Notes under the pieces: model-generated
Databases searched by the model: none
Seen by the model: only the letters and a program-made list of their open reading frames with translations
What the model was told of the DNA's origin: nothing
Made by a program: the position numbers and the translations under genes
In this document: positions 1 through 13,820 of the stretch, piece by piece
How the letters are laid out: each line of letters opens with the position of its first letter
Position numbering within the stretch: the first letter of the stretch is position 1
Assembly: GCA_049724395.1 (NCBI GenBank)
Contig: JAUGWO010000027.1
Span: forward strand, 52,604-72,603
Direction: 5' to 3'
DNA from: Spongospora subterranea f. sp. subterranea
Lineage: Eukaryota
Length of the DNA: 20,000 nt

Positions 1-2192
1 TCGAGTTTAAAAATGAAATCGACGCATTCATCGCAGGGTTTACAATAATATCCACATCGTCAAGGTAAGCATCATTAGATAGTCCAAGAAAAAGATTCGA
101 AAATGGTTCCTTAAGCTGCAGAGGAAGCCGCTTAAGAATGCGGGCAAGCAGCGACTGGGATTCGCCTGATGACGATTTCCTAGCAAGTTTCGCCTATAGA
201 TTGTAATTTAGGCGATTCAACGCAGAAGAAATCAACAACAAATACTGGATGTGACAGTGGTGGAGCAGTCGAAGCGCGCTTCAAGATAGGGGCTGAGCTT
301 TGAGACTGTGGAGTCGTGGCGGAAAAAGCTTTTGGAAAAAGGCTGCTTAAGCAATTCTTCGCAGCCGGGGACAACTGAAATGGGTCAGCCATGGACGCAG
401 CAATAATGAGGAAACATACAAACAATGCGCTCAATGATGTGACTCCGGCAGCGGCAGACGATTTGATGAAAGCATTTTCAATCGACGCCCGGACTTCCGC
501 CCGCTCATCTGTGCCAACGTCACAAACACTGCAAACACAGTTATTAATTACTGCCTTACCAGATGGCTGCCACGACGACGCGCAACCAGCGAGAGTGTCA
601 AGAAGTAACTGAGTAATGTCCTGAAAGGCACAGTCAAGGATACACGGTTGCTTCAAAACCACGTCATTGTACCGGATAGTTCTTAGTTGAATTAAGCATT
701 AGCAGCAGGCAGCATTCGAGCCCTGATTAAAATCAGTGACATTGATGAAATGGTTAACACTTATTACTTCCTGCATCGTCGCCAGAGCGAAAATAGATCC
801 AGTCCAGCAGCGAAACTCGACATAGTGAACTGATAAATGAAGATTGCCGATATGTCTAGCTACCTCTAGATCAGAACAGGCATGAACAATAAAAATGCTC
901 AATTGAACCTTGATGAACCAGCCCAATATCATCCATAGAGAAGTACCTCGGCTTTTGATAGGACGAGGGAGACAGCAAAGATATCGAATCAAGTCGAATA
1001 AATATGATTCGGCTCCACGAACGAATTTTGAATTGATCCAACCTAGATATCTTAACTGACCACCAAGAGGAACCTGAACGAACAATTGTCAGAAAGAGTC
1101 ACGGATCGAACCAGTAGATGAACCTCGTGTAAGAGGAACATGATTTTTTCTTCCATGTCCGGAGTTAATCGCGATTGTAAAAATGAAAAGGGAGTTTGCC
1201 GATCAAAAGAAAGACGTAGCCCATCCAGACTCGACTTTATAGGGGGGTACGCCCCGAATACGGTTTGGGCTATTCTGGCGGCATCACGGCCTAAGGATCG
1301 CCAGTCCTGTGGCTATGGAAACACATTTTCAGATTCGACTCAACAAATAAAGTATAAGCTTACATGATCCAAGATCAATTGAGATACGAAAGATGCAACC
1401 GCAATTTGTAACTGTTGATCAGGGGCAAGTTCGGGAACAATACGAAGAAAGTGCCACATGGTCATTTGAAGCAGCGGTGGCCTTGTGACAATATAGCTAC
1501 AGCATCACTAGACTTAAGCCAAAGATATGATATAGTCGTAGGTGAATGGCAAACCTCTTGTATTTCTGACTCAAAGAAAACAAGTGTGTAGTGTTTGTGA
1601 TCGTTTGGGAAATCGAACTTCCTAAGGATATCTGCCGGAATAAACAAATAATGCACGGTTCAATTGCAGAAACTTCAAGCGAGAGAAATACATCGAGCAT
1701 CGAAAAGACCTGACCAAAAAATGAGTCCACGCATGTCAACGACCATTGTGTATTTCAACCTTATTAGCCGGACCGGGAAGAAGATTTGGAAACTTTTTTT
1801 CACACAACTCGAACAAAATGTTGCTAAAGCCTGTGAAGTTGTCCAGCGTAATCGCACGAATACAGGAAAATGACTGAGAAGCATTCGTGAGATGACTGGC
1901 AAAATTGAACATAAAACGGCATGTCGTACTTTTTCGGAATGTTCGTGCCCAATCAGAACGGAATACAGCAGACCTTTGTATACATCAGTTATGTTCTTTT
2001 CCTTAATCAGAAGGGATTGCACGTCAGCGGCATTTTTAGAGGCGATTATTTTGGATAGTTTGTCATAATTTTGCCGGCACGACTGTATGACCATGATGTA
2101 ACTTCAGGCAGTTCGGTGCTAAAGCTTACCTCTTCAAACGGGTCAGGAACGTCAAGTTCGCGTCTCTTAAGCAGCGCCGAAGACTGGAGCAT
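1..2192 (-). CDS. INTS3: Integrator complex subunit 3 (SOSS-A) homolog; multi-exon; 3' end lies beyond the left edge of the window
   Basis: Manual splicing from ATG 2192 (exon 1 = 2130-2192, MLQSSALLKRRELDVPDPFEE|gtaagc) gives ...VYKGLLYSVLIG...LGRDAARI...FLQSRLTPDMEEKIMFLL...LFDLIRYLCC...LWMILGWFIK...LLDWIYF...YPDITQLLLD. These match recalled INTS3 N-terminal motifs (GLLYVIL, IGRDLVR, RLTPDMETKLLFM, DLIRYIC, WAIIGWLL, FYDWLFF, PAITATLLD) in the correct order. Introns are GT-AG, about 45-60 nt. Confidence 0.88.
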
Positions 2193-2694
2193 GTTATATC
2201 GTAGTCGAGCACCGAGCTAAACACGTGGGTCGCAAAATGGGTCTGTCAGTTATCAGGCGATAAATTTTTTGGACCGATCAGTTAATCTGAGGTGAATCCG
2301 TTTCATGAAAAGGTTCCTGGATGCAATCACTGAACGATAACCGTAATGATAATGTGGAATGTTGTGGCCGCAGCGATCAAGGCGCACTTGTTCAGTATAC
2401 ACTCTCGTGCACACGCTAATGTTGTGCGAAGAGTATCGTACACACACAGACATCGGTAACAGGTCGGTAACGTTGTTATTGTTACAGCATCCTGTAACCC
2501 CCGTTATTTGTACACTGTACTGTACGCGCTGTTCACGTTGTCCGCACCAGCGTGGGCTGCGCATGCATATCGGTCTGTTGACTCCGACTCTGTTCCGAAT
2601 AATCTGGTTTGCCGCAGCTGTTTTATTCGCGCTACGCAGCGCCATCCCATCTGATTCGTTTGAATTGCTGCAGTTCTAGCAACGGCTTAGGCAC
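2193..2694. promoter_or_regulatory. Probable bidirectional promoter between INTS3 (-) and SMU1 (+)
   Basis: 502-bp gap between two divergent start codons (2192 and 2695). Inferred from gene geometry only. Confidence 0.55.
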
Positions 2695-4406
2695 ATGAAT
2701 GTCGAAATCCAGTCGTCAGAGTTAGTGCTGGGCCCTGTTTTCAGTCGGGACAAAATCCAATTTAACTGTGTATTTTTTTAGTGTGGTGAAATTGATGCTT
2801 CAGTTTCTGAAGGAAAACAATCTAACGGAGACGTTGGAGACATTGCAGAGCGAAGCGAATGTGGCTCTGAATACGGTGGATAATATCAAACAATTGGTGT
2901 CCCATGTTCATCATGGCCGATGGGATCATGTCCTCGATATCGTTCCAGATGTGCTCTCGGCTCCGTTAGCCCACGACCTATACGAACACATTATTCTAGA
3001 ACTGATCGAATTAGGGGACACTGATACTGCCAAGGCTCTACTAAAGACAGCTTCAGCTATTGCTAGCTTGAAAATTGCTAATCCAGAAAGATTTAGGTTT
3101 TTCTCAAAGTCGATATTGCTGTCAGATCAACGTTTGATCTCCATTTCTACAGGCGATTAGAGAGAATGTTTCTTCAAACTCATTTCAGCGCCGCTGAAGC
3201 TTATCCCGGTCAGGAATCAAAAGCGTCTCGACGGAATGCGATCGCCGAGCAGCTCGAGCATGAGCTTTCTGTCGTAGCACCATCCAGACTCCTGGCACTT
3301 CTGAATCAGGCGCTGAAGGTACATGGCGAATATTTTCCTGGCGTATTTTAATCGGTTTTAATGTGGAACGCAGTGGCAACAACATCAAGGTTTACTTCCT
3401 GTCGGGTCTCAGATAGATTTGTTTCGTGGCTCTAGTTTGGCATCGATCACGCATGCCGTCGAGAAACTGCCATCCCGGAACGATCGGCTGATCAAACTGG
3501 GTAAAATGAACCACGCCGAATGCGCTGGCTTTAGCCGCGATGGCATCTTCCTCGTGATCGGCAATGTCGACGGGTTTGTCGAAGTGTACGACAGCGAGAC
3601 AGGAAAATTACGCAAGGACCTGCAATACCAGGCCGACGAGCATTTAATGATGCATAGCGATGCTGTTCTGTGCCTCGATTTCGCCCGGGATGGCGAACTG
3701 CTCGCAACGGGTAGCAGGGACGGGCAAGTGAAAGTGTGGCGAATCAAAACAGGCGCGTGCGTCCGTAAATTCCCTGCCGCCCATTCCCAGGGTGTGTCTT
3801 GCATCCAGTTCTCCAGAGATTCGACCCAGGTCCTCACCGGCTCGTTTGACACCACCTGCCGGGTTCATGGGCTTCGGTCAGGGAAGACGCTCAAGGAACT
3901 ACGTTGCCACAAATCAGCAGTCAACGCCGTTCTCTACAGTGAGGATTGCAGCCGAATATTCAGCGGCGATAACGACGGATCGATATGCGTTTGGGATGCG
4001 AAATCAACCGATTGTCTAATGACCTGGAGTCCCTACAAGAAAGGCTTCACAACCGTTCCCATTACTGGACTGTTTTGGCTTCCGGGCGTCCGGGATCAGC
4101 TCGTCGTCGTGTCGCGCTCCAATGAAATATTGGTTCTCGGCGCATTAACCGGAGACAAGATCAAATTGTTCACAAACGGAAAACCGAACGTTGACTTTAC
4201 AGCTGCAGCGATGTCGGGGTAAAGGACGTTATCTTTATGCAGCAGGCTCAGATTCGGTCCTGTATATGTTCGAGACAAACTCGACCGATCTTGTTCATGT
4301 GATCAAGATTCACGCAAGCGACGTTCTTGGTCTTGTTCATCATCCGTTTCTCAATACGCTGGCGTCGTTTTCAGGAGATTGTACATTAAAACTTTGGAAA
4401 CCGTAA
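2695..4406 (+). CDS. SMU1: WD40-repeat spliceosomal protein SMU1 (LisH/CTLH + WD40), with an apparent 1-nt insertion at 4216-4219
   Basis: Exons 2695-2720, 2782-3096, 3153-3318, 3374-4406 (introns 61, 56, 55 nt). Translation MNVEIQSSDVVKLMLQFLKENNL...LNTVD...GRWD...PSRLLALLNQALKWQQHQGLLP...IDLFRG...GKLRKDLQYQA...HGLRSGKTLKELR...HHPFLNTLASFSGDCTLKLWKP* matches SMU1 end to end. The last ~60 aa are in the +1 frame after ATG TCG GGG TAA. Confidence 0.96.
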
Positions 4407-4550
4407 TCTAAAAACTATATTCTTCTTCTGATTACTCGAAATCGACTGCACCATCTGGTCATTTGCGCTGCTTCGAACCTCATCAACGCAATCAACAACA
4501 GAAACGATGGTTTAAAAGCGCCAATACCCTTTCAGCATCTAACGGTAACC

Positions 4551-5095
4551 GACAAGTTTAGATGATGCAACACCTTTCATAGATCCTGCTCGAAAGTCGA
4601 TTGCTGAAGAACTTGCTGATCCAGGATCAAGGGTTCTGGGGTCGCTATTTACAGATGACCCATCTGCCTGCTACACCTACAGGATTTGCTTAGGAAACCC
4701 ATTGTAAAACCCAGCGGCAAAACTCATCGGGATCATCAAAATCCTCAAAACCGGAATTCAGTTCCCCTTACCGTTCGTGACAAGGGCCATGACGATTCGT
4801 CGATGGAGCCTCCTCTATGAAAATACATTCCAATAAGTTTTTAGCAGTATATGATTCGCCAAAAATCACTTATGTAGGCAAACTTCTGTGCTCGCCGCAG
4901 CATTATTGCGATATTTATCTATAAAGACTCCATCGACGAACCATCGTGATCCAAGGGTGAGGGTTGTCAACATCCTCGCCGGATTCCTTTCGAGGGTTTT
5001 ACGACCTGTTGGATGGCCACCAGAACCCTTGTATTTCTGGACCCGAACAACTTTAGAGCAGGATCTATAAATGGTGTTGCATCTTCAAACTTGTC
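4551..5095. repeat. Diverged inverted repeat (arms ~4551-4836 and ~4903-5095)
   Basis: Collinear reverse-complementary blocks: 4551-4597 vs 5050-5095 (42/47 identical), 4628-4639 vs 5020-5031 (12/12), 4704-4712 vs 4994-5002 (9/9), 4796-4808 vs 4928-4940 (13/13), 4831-4836 vs 4903-4908. Confidence 0.85.
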
Positions 5096-5640
5096 TGTAA
5101 AAGTTAATTCCAGCCCTAGCTATCTGCCCATGAGGGTCACGATAACCAAAACCTTCGATCTCATACTGTCTCCACTGACCAATGCAATTTGAAGTCAGAT
5201 AAAACAGCTTTGAGACTCAAGACCGTTTTTGGTGAAACAGCGACTGCCGAAGTGGTCTTCTTGGGGGCAAGACCTGGTCCTCTGTAATCAGGACCACGTT
5301 TTCCCAAATATGGTCGGATGGTCTTCATTAGAAGGGCCTGTAAACCAAGTAAATTGCTGATGATGTTGTTTTCAAGCAAGTTCTACCTTGGATTTGTTGA
5401 TATTTCCCCATAGAACGGATCGTTCCTCCAAGGTAATCACTATCAATATTAGGGAACTTCCGTTAAGCTCTTTGACATGTTTTTTGTTAATATATTTCGG
5501 GAAATCATGTTCTAAAAGGATTGCTTCCAAGGTAACCTCATGAGGGTTTACCATCCATCCCTTGCTTGTTTCGCTGCCATTTGGCTCTTGCTCATTGCAA
5601 ACATGGTTGCGACACTACGAACACTGCTTCAGGCAGCGAA
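4919..5640 (-). pseudogene. Possible degraded or hypothetical spliced gene whose 3' part forms the right arm of the inverted repeat
   Basis: Short open stretches (5372-5554, 5161-5379, 4966-5095: DKFEDATPFIDPALK...) are separated by candidate GT..AG introns of the local size. No family was recognised and no unambiguous complete frame was found. Confidence 0.3.
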
Positions 5641-6349
5641 CCAGCAAGGGTGAATGCAGAGATTGGAAGCAACCCTTTTGAAACCTGATTTCAAACACGA
5701 GAAATTCGAAGCAAAACATGTCAAACAGCTGGCTGAGAGGTGATATCACGTAAAATCAGATCGCATGCAATGGAGAAAAAAAAGACTGATTTGTATGGGG
5801 TTATGGGACAAGGAGAACAATAATGACAATAGATATTGAAATGGGGCCGAACTTTCTTGATGCTATCGCACAAGGCGAAATGAAGGAAATTCTGTCTGTC
5901 GAGAAGACCTTGAGAGGACTTGTCGGGTCTTTGAACTCGACCAGGCCCTGCCGCTTGGGAGAAATTCTGCTTTTTGCTCGCAAGGGCGAGCCCAGCGGCT
6001 ACAGGAACCATTCGAATGGGGATCGAAACGAGATACATCGACAAAGTTTCAAAGCGCATTTGCAATAAAATCATTGCAGTCGCAAGTATGCTTGTTCGCA
6101 TGGATTATGAATTATTGATAAACGTATTGCCCGACAGAACAAAGGTCTTGTTGGAATTGATTTCCAACAATCTAAGATGAATTCCAAAAGGGCATTCATT
6201 TTCAGGAATGACGACTGCTCGAATTCCGAGGAAACCAGAATCCGCGCATTTGACAATATTCCTGGACAAAGTGTTTGACAGGAACAGAAATCTATAAATA
6301 TCATGAAGAAGAATCCGTGAATAAATGGGACCTCGTCAACAGTAAATAA

Positions 6350-10330
<3,981 letters not shown>

Positions 10331-10545
10331 CGCGAGATGTTGTCGACGGTAATGGGAATCGACCTTATTCAAATGAGGATCCTGTTCCACCTTTTGGGGA
10401 TTATTGGGATACAGGCACTGGAGGGTTGCACGCGTTCGTTACTCACAAGCTGCAACCCACTCGACAGAGTGTGTTCAGGGTTACCCCAAGCCACAATACC
10501 CCAAATGGGGTGATACCCTCTACCAGCTTAAACGGTCAAGTTCTA

Positions 10546-11148
10546 TTAATTGTGTCTGGGTTGACGAGGTTGAGTTCGCCGAGATATCCAATCGATTGCA
10601 ACGCGTTCAGGGTCCATGCCCAGGGCGTCGAACTCGGGAACGGCGTCCACTGCAAAGCCAGCATCGCTCAGCTTGGCGAAAAAAAATCCGGAGAATGGGC
10701 GGTCAGCGAAAGCGTGAACGAATGGGACGCCTGCTGGGACGATGTGCTCCAGGGTCCATACAAGGTCGTCGTGGAACCGGTCATCCCCGATCAGTTCTGC
10801 ACCGATGATCAGATCAAAGTCTAGCAAACCGTTGGTGGAGATTGCTTCACAATCGGACAGGCCATCTGGGCCCCAAAGTAGTTGGGCGACTTTAATGTTC
10901 GTTTGTCTGGTCCTCTTGATAAGATTCGCTAGTCCCCATGGGCCATCAGAACACGTCACTTGCGCCCCTTTCGCTTGAAGTTCAATTGCCAGATCTCCCA
11001 GCCCACTACCGAGTTCTAAGATTCGAGTCCCTTTCAGATTATCATCACGATATTTCTCATCAAGGTACTTTGCAAGCACTTTCGATGCCGTCCAAATAAA
11101 TCCGTCCTCTGTCTCTGTGAACTCTCTCGCATATGGATCCATATCCAA
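10546..11148 (-). CDS. Class I SAM-dependent protein methyltransferase, METTL21/Methyltransf_16 family; intronless; 200 aa
   Basis: Motifs GFIWTASKVLAKYL, motif I RILELGSGLG, post-I VTCSD, QLLWG, and motif II FDLIIGAELIG. Confidence 0.85.
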   Translation of the reverse strand: MDMDPYAREFTETEDGFIWTASKVLAKYLDEKYRDDNLKGTRILELGSGLGDLAIELQAKGAQVTCSDGPWGLANLIKRTRQTNIKVAQLLWGPDGLSDCEAISTNGLLDFDLIIGAELIGDDRFHDDLVWTLEHIVPAGVPFVHAFADRPFSGFFFAKLSDAGFAVDAVPEFDALGMDPERVAIDWISRRTQPRQPRHN

Positions 11149-11416
11149 GATTGTTTACCAATTGCTTCGAAAATCCTAGGGCGCGCGCCTTTCCAGTTTG
11201 CAATCCGTTCAATTACGAAAACTGGGTAAATCAAAGGTGTTTAATAAAAATCATTGACAATGACATATCGATTTCAGAACTCAACTCTCCCCCCGTACGT
11301 TCAACGGCCATTTTTTTTCGCCTCATATTGTGTCCGCACAACCGTATCCTCCGATTGTTATTGCAGTTAATGCCGAGCTTGCGGTTTGAGTTTTGAAGGC
11401 GAAAAGCGGCGTCGTC
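11149..11416. promoter_or_regulatory. Probable bidirectional promoter between the methyltransferase (-) and ATG3 (+)
   Basis: 268-bp gap between divergent starts (11148 and 11417). Geometry only. Confidence 0.45.
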
Positions 11417-12619
11417 ATGAGCGCGATGAACTTTCTGAAAGGTGGTCAGCAGTTAATGTGCTCGCAAAAAATTCATATGTTCTGTGATCAGGTGTCGCCG
11501 ATTTGATCGTACCGGTTCTTTCAAAATCACAGTTTCAAGAGGTTAGTTGATGGAAGCAAGCACTTATAGGTTTAATCAGGCGTTTTATACTGGTTCAGAA
11601 AGGTGTGCTGACACCGGACGAGTTTGTGAGAGCTGGAGACGAGCTTACCTATCGTTGTCCGTCCTGGTCGTGGTAAGGGATGTCCAGCAATCCTTATCGC
11701 GTTTGCTAATCAGGGCTGAGCAGGGTGAGTGCAACTGGGTCATCAAGAAAAAGTTATCTTCCTAAAAACAAACAATATCTAGTCACGAGAAACGGTAGTT
11801 TACCCCTCGGGAATCCGATTGATTGTTATAACATTATTGTTTTTAGTTCCATCTTTAGCTCGATTGGGTGACCAGGCAATGGAGGGAAATGGCGAACATG
11901 TCGTGTGAGTAATTTGGTCATCCCATTTCTAAGTTCGAATTGACAATCCGCTTTCGAACAGGGAGCAAAGTGCGGACGACATCGATGGTTGGGTTGCCAC
12001 TCACATCGATCGTATTGAGCCCGAAATACCCGACATCACCACCAATGATCATTCCAGATCTACCGAATCGCGAGACAAAGCTTCTGAATATGAAGTATTC
12101 AATAGATTTGGTATGTTTACTTGAAATAACAACTTTTTGTAGGAAGAGAATGACGAATCCGGAATCGATGCTCAGGTATTCATACATCGTGCAAACCACG
12201 CTGTTATTAGGACGAGAACTTATGATTTAACGATCACCTATGACAAGTTTTATCAAACACCACGGGTGTGGTTGTTTGGATACGATGAAGTAAAACCAAA
12301 CTACTTTTGTCAAATGCAAAAAAAGTTAATAATGCACTTATAGGATCGAAATCCACTCTCGCCAGGGCAGATTATGGACGAGATTAGTTCAGATCACGCA
12401 AACAAGACAGTGACCGTTGAGGCTCATCCTCATATTAGTAGAGTGTCATGCGCGTCAATTCATCCATGTAAACACGCGTCTGTCATGAAAATCATTATCG
12501 ATCGTGCTGTTGAAAGCGGTCGTCAGCCGAAAGTGACGGCGTATATGTTCTGGTTTTTAAAGCTAATATCTGCAGTAATCCCAACAATTCAATATGACTT
12601 CACCAATGATATAGATTGA
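11417..12619 (+). CDS. ATG3: Autophagy E2-like conjugating enzyme ATG3; 8 exons
   Basis: Spliced translation [50 protein letters not shown]...[17 protein letters not shown]...DGWVATH...[28 protein letters not shown]...[14 protein letters not shown]...[13 protein letters not shown]...[17 protein letters not shown]. The catalytic HPC motif is present. Example introns: 11442-11491, 11542-11598, 11673-11723, 12095-12142, 12290-12343. Confidence 0.96.
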
Positions 12620-12756
12620 TAAATCAGCAAAAACCGGTTTGATTATCTTCATGTTATTTCACTGCTGACGCTCTCCTTTGTGAACTGACATGTGACATCA
12701 TTGGACTTCTAATGGCTGACCACCACCAGGTTCTTGACAATATGTTGTAGATACAT

Positions 12757-13820
12757 TTATTGTTCGTCATAATCGGGATTTTTGTAGCTCACCATCGCGT
12801 CGACACGATGTATCTGTTGCATAGTCGACAAGAGATGATGGCAAAAAAAGCATATATCCACCAACCTTTGTTGTGAAAGAGCGAAGTTTGACTTCAGCCG
12901 AGTTGGCTATGTATTTAGGATCGCTTTCTTCCCAGGATTTCGGAACTTCGGTGTCAAGATCTGTGTGAATAAGCAAATCAAACGAACCTATCAAAGATAT
13001 CAGCATTAGCGGTAAATCAACTGTGCAGGTTAACCGACAAGGGACATCTAACAAAGGTAAGAAGGTCACCGACGATGTGATCTGCCTCATAATTGCTTGA
13101 ATTTCACGCATAATTTCCTGGAAATAATTAGGTGCTGGTGTGAACAGTCAAAAAAAAAATTTGACTGACCTTCTCTGATTTAGGCCCAGAATTGCTGCCT
13201 CTTTCTTTAACGGCACCTTCAGCCGACGGCAAATCGGTCTCGATGTTGAAGACCCATCTAAACAAAAAAGATTACTTACAGAGATCGCTGTTTGTAGCAG
13301 CGTCTGACCGTTCCAAAGTCGATCCGTCGTGCTGATTTGATATGACAAGGACCAAACATTGAACGCGACCCGTTAATAACCATTCTTTGCCACAATTCGA
13401 TCAGCAGTTTGACCCAAACAAACAATAATGAAACCGGACCTGAAAGTTGTGTGAGAACTTGATCTAAATACTCCACTAGACCCGTATCCGTTGTCACTAG
13501 CTACAATTGTGTGAGTACTATTGGCGGCGCTAGATGTGTATGTAATACCATTCTCAACCCAATATTTTTCTGAAGCTGAGAAGCTTTCAGGAGGATAAAT
13601 GCCACGTTGGTAAAGTATTGTGTTGATAGAAAACCCTAAGATAATTTTAGCAATCAAAAAAAGAATTTGCAATCACCGTCATGTTACCAAAAAACTCAGT
13701 GACAATTTGAGTTGAACCTTTCAACGTTATTGCTTGTTTTGATGCTTGGGCAGTCAGCGACTAATATCAAAGAAACAATCAACGAAATAAACGCTTTTTG
13801 GGGAAATGCGGGTGAACCAT
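12757..13820 (-). CDS. MAD2: Mitotic spindle assembly checkpoint protein MAD2 (HORMA domain), with an apparent 1-nt insertion near 13561
   Basis: M|SLTAQASKQAITLKGSTQIVTEFFG|FSINTILYQRGIYPPESF...KY(GLRM)|LVTTDTGLVEYL...ERWVFNIE...EIQAIMRQITSSVTFLPLL...SFDLLIHTD...VPKSWEESDPKYI...VKLRSFTTK|IHRVDAMVSYK...EQ*. Stop at 12757-12759. Confidence 0.95.

Noticed and set aside
2262..2310. Sm-site-like AATTTTTTGG followed by a small hairpin (possible snRNA)
   Set aside because: No U1/U2/U4/U5 hallmark upstream (e.g. no U5 loop GCCTTTTAC), and the upstream space runs into the INTS3 start.
2253..2679. Overlapping ORFs of 130 aa (-) and 106 aa (+) in the INTS3-SMU1 gap
   Set aside because: No recognisable motifs and atypical composition; they occupy the space needed for two promoters and 5' UTRs.
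3409..3868. Antisense ORFs over SMU1
   Set aside because: Shadow ORFs of a GC-richer coding exon.
10473..10482. GTTCAGGGTT, which on the minus strand (AACCCTGAAC) resembles a telomerase template for TTCAGGG repeats
   Set aside because: A 10-nt match is expected by chance, the organism's telomere repeat is unknown from this window, and no supporting promoter or terminator was seen.
10404..10978. Plus-strand ORFs of 134, 132 and 78 aa opposite the methyltransferase
   Set aside because: Antisense shadows; the minus frame carries all the family motifs.
11705..11730. Apparent frameshift in ATG3 after the CTAATCAG acceptor
   Set aside because: Using the next CAG (11723) restores the frame ([14 protein letters not shown]) with a typical 51-nt intron.
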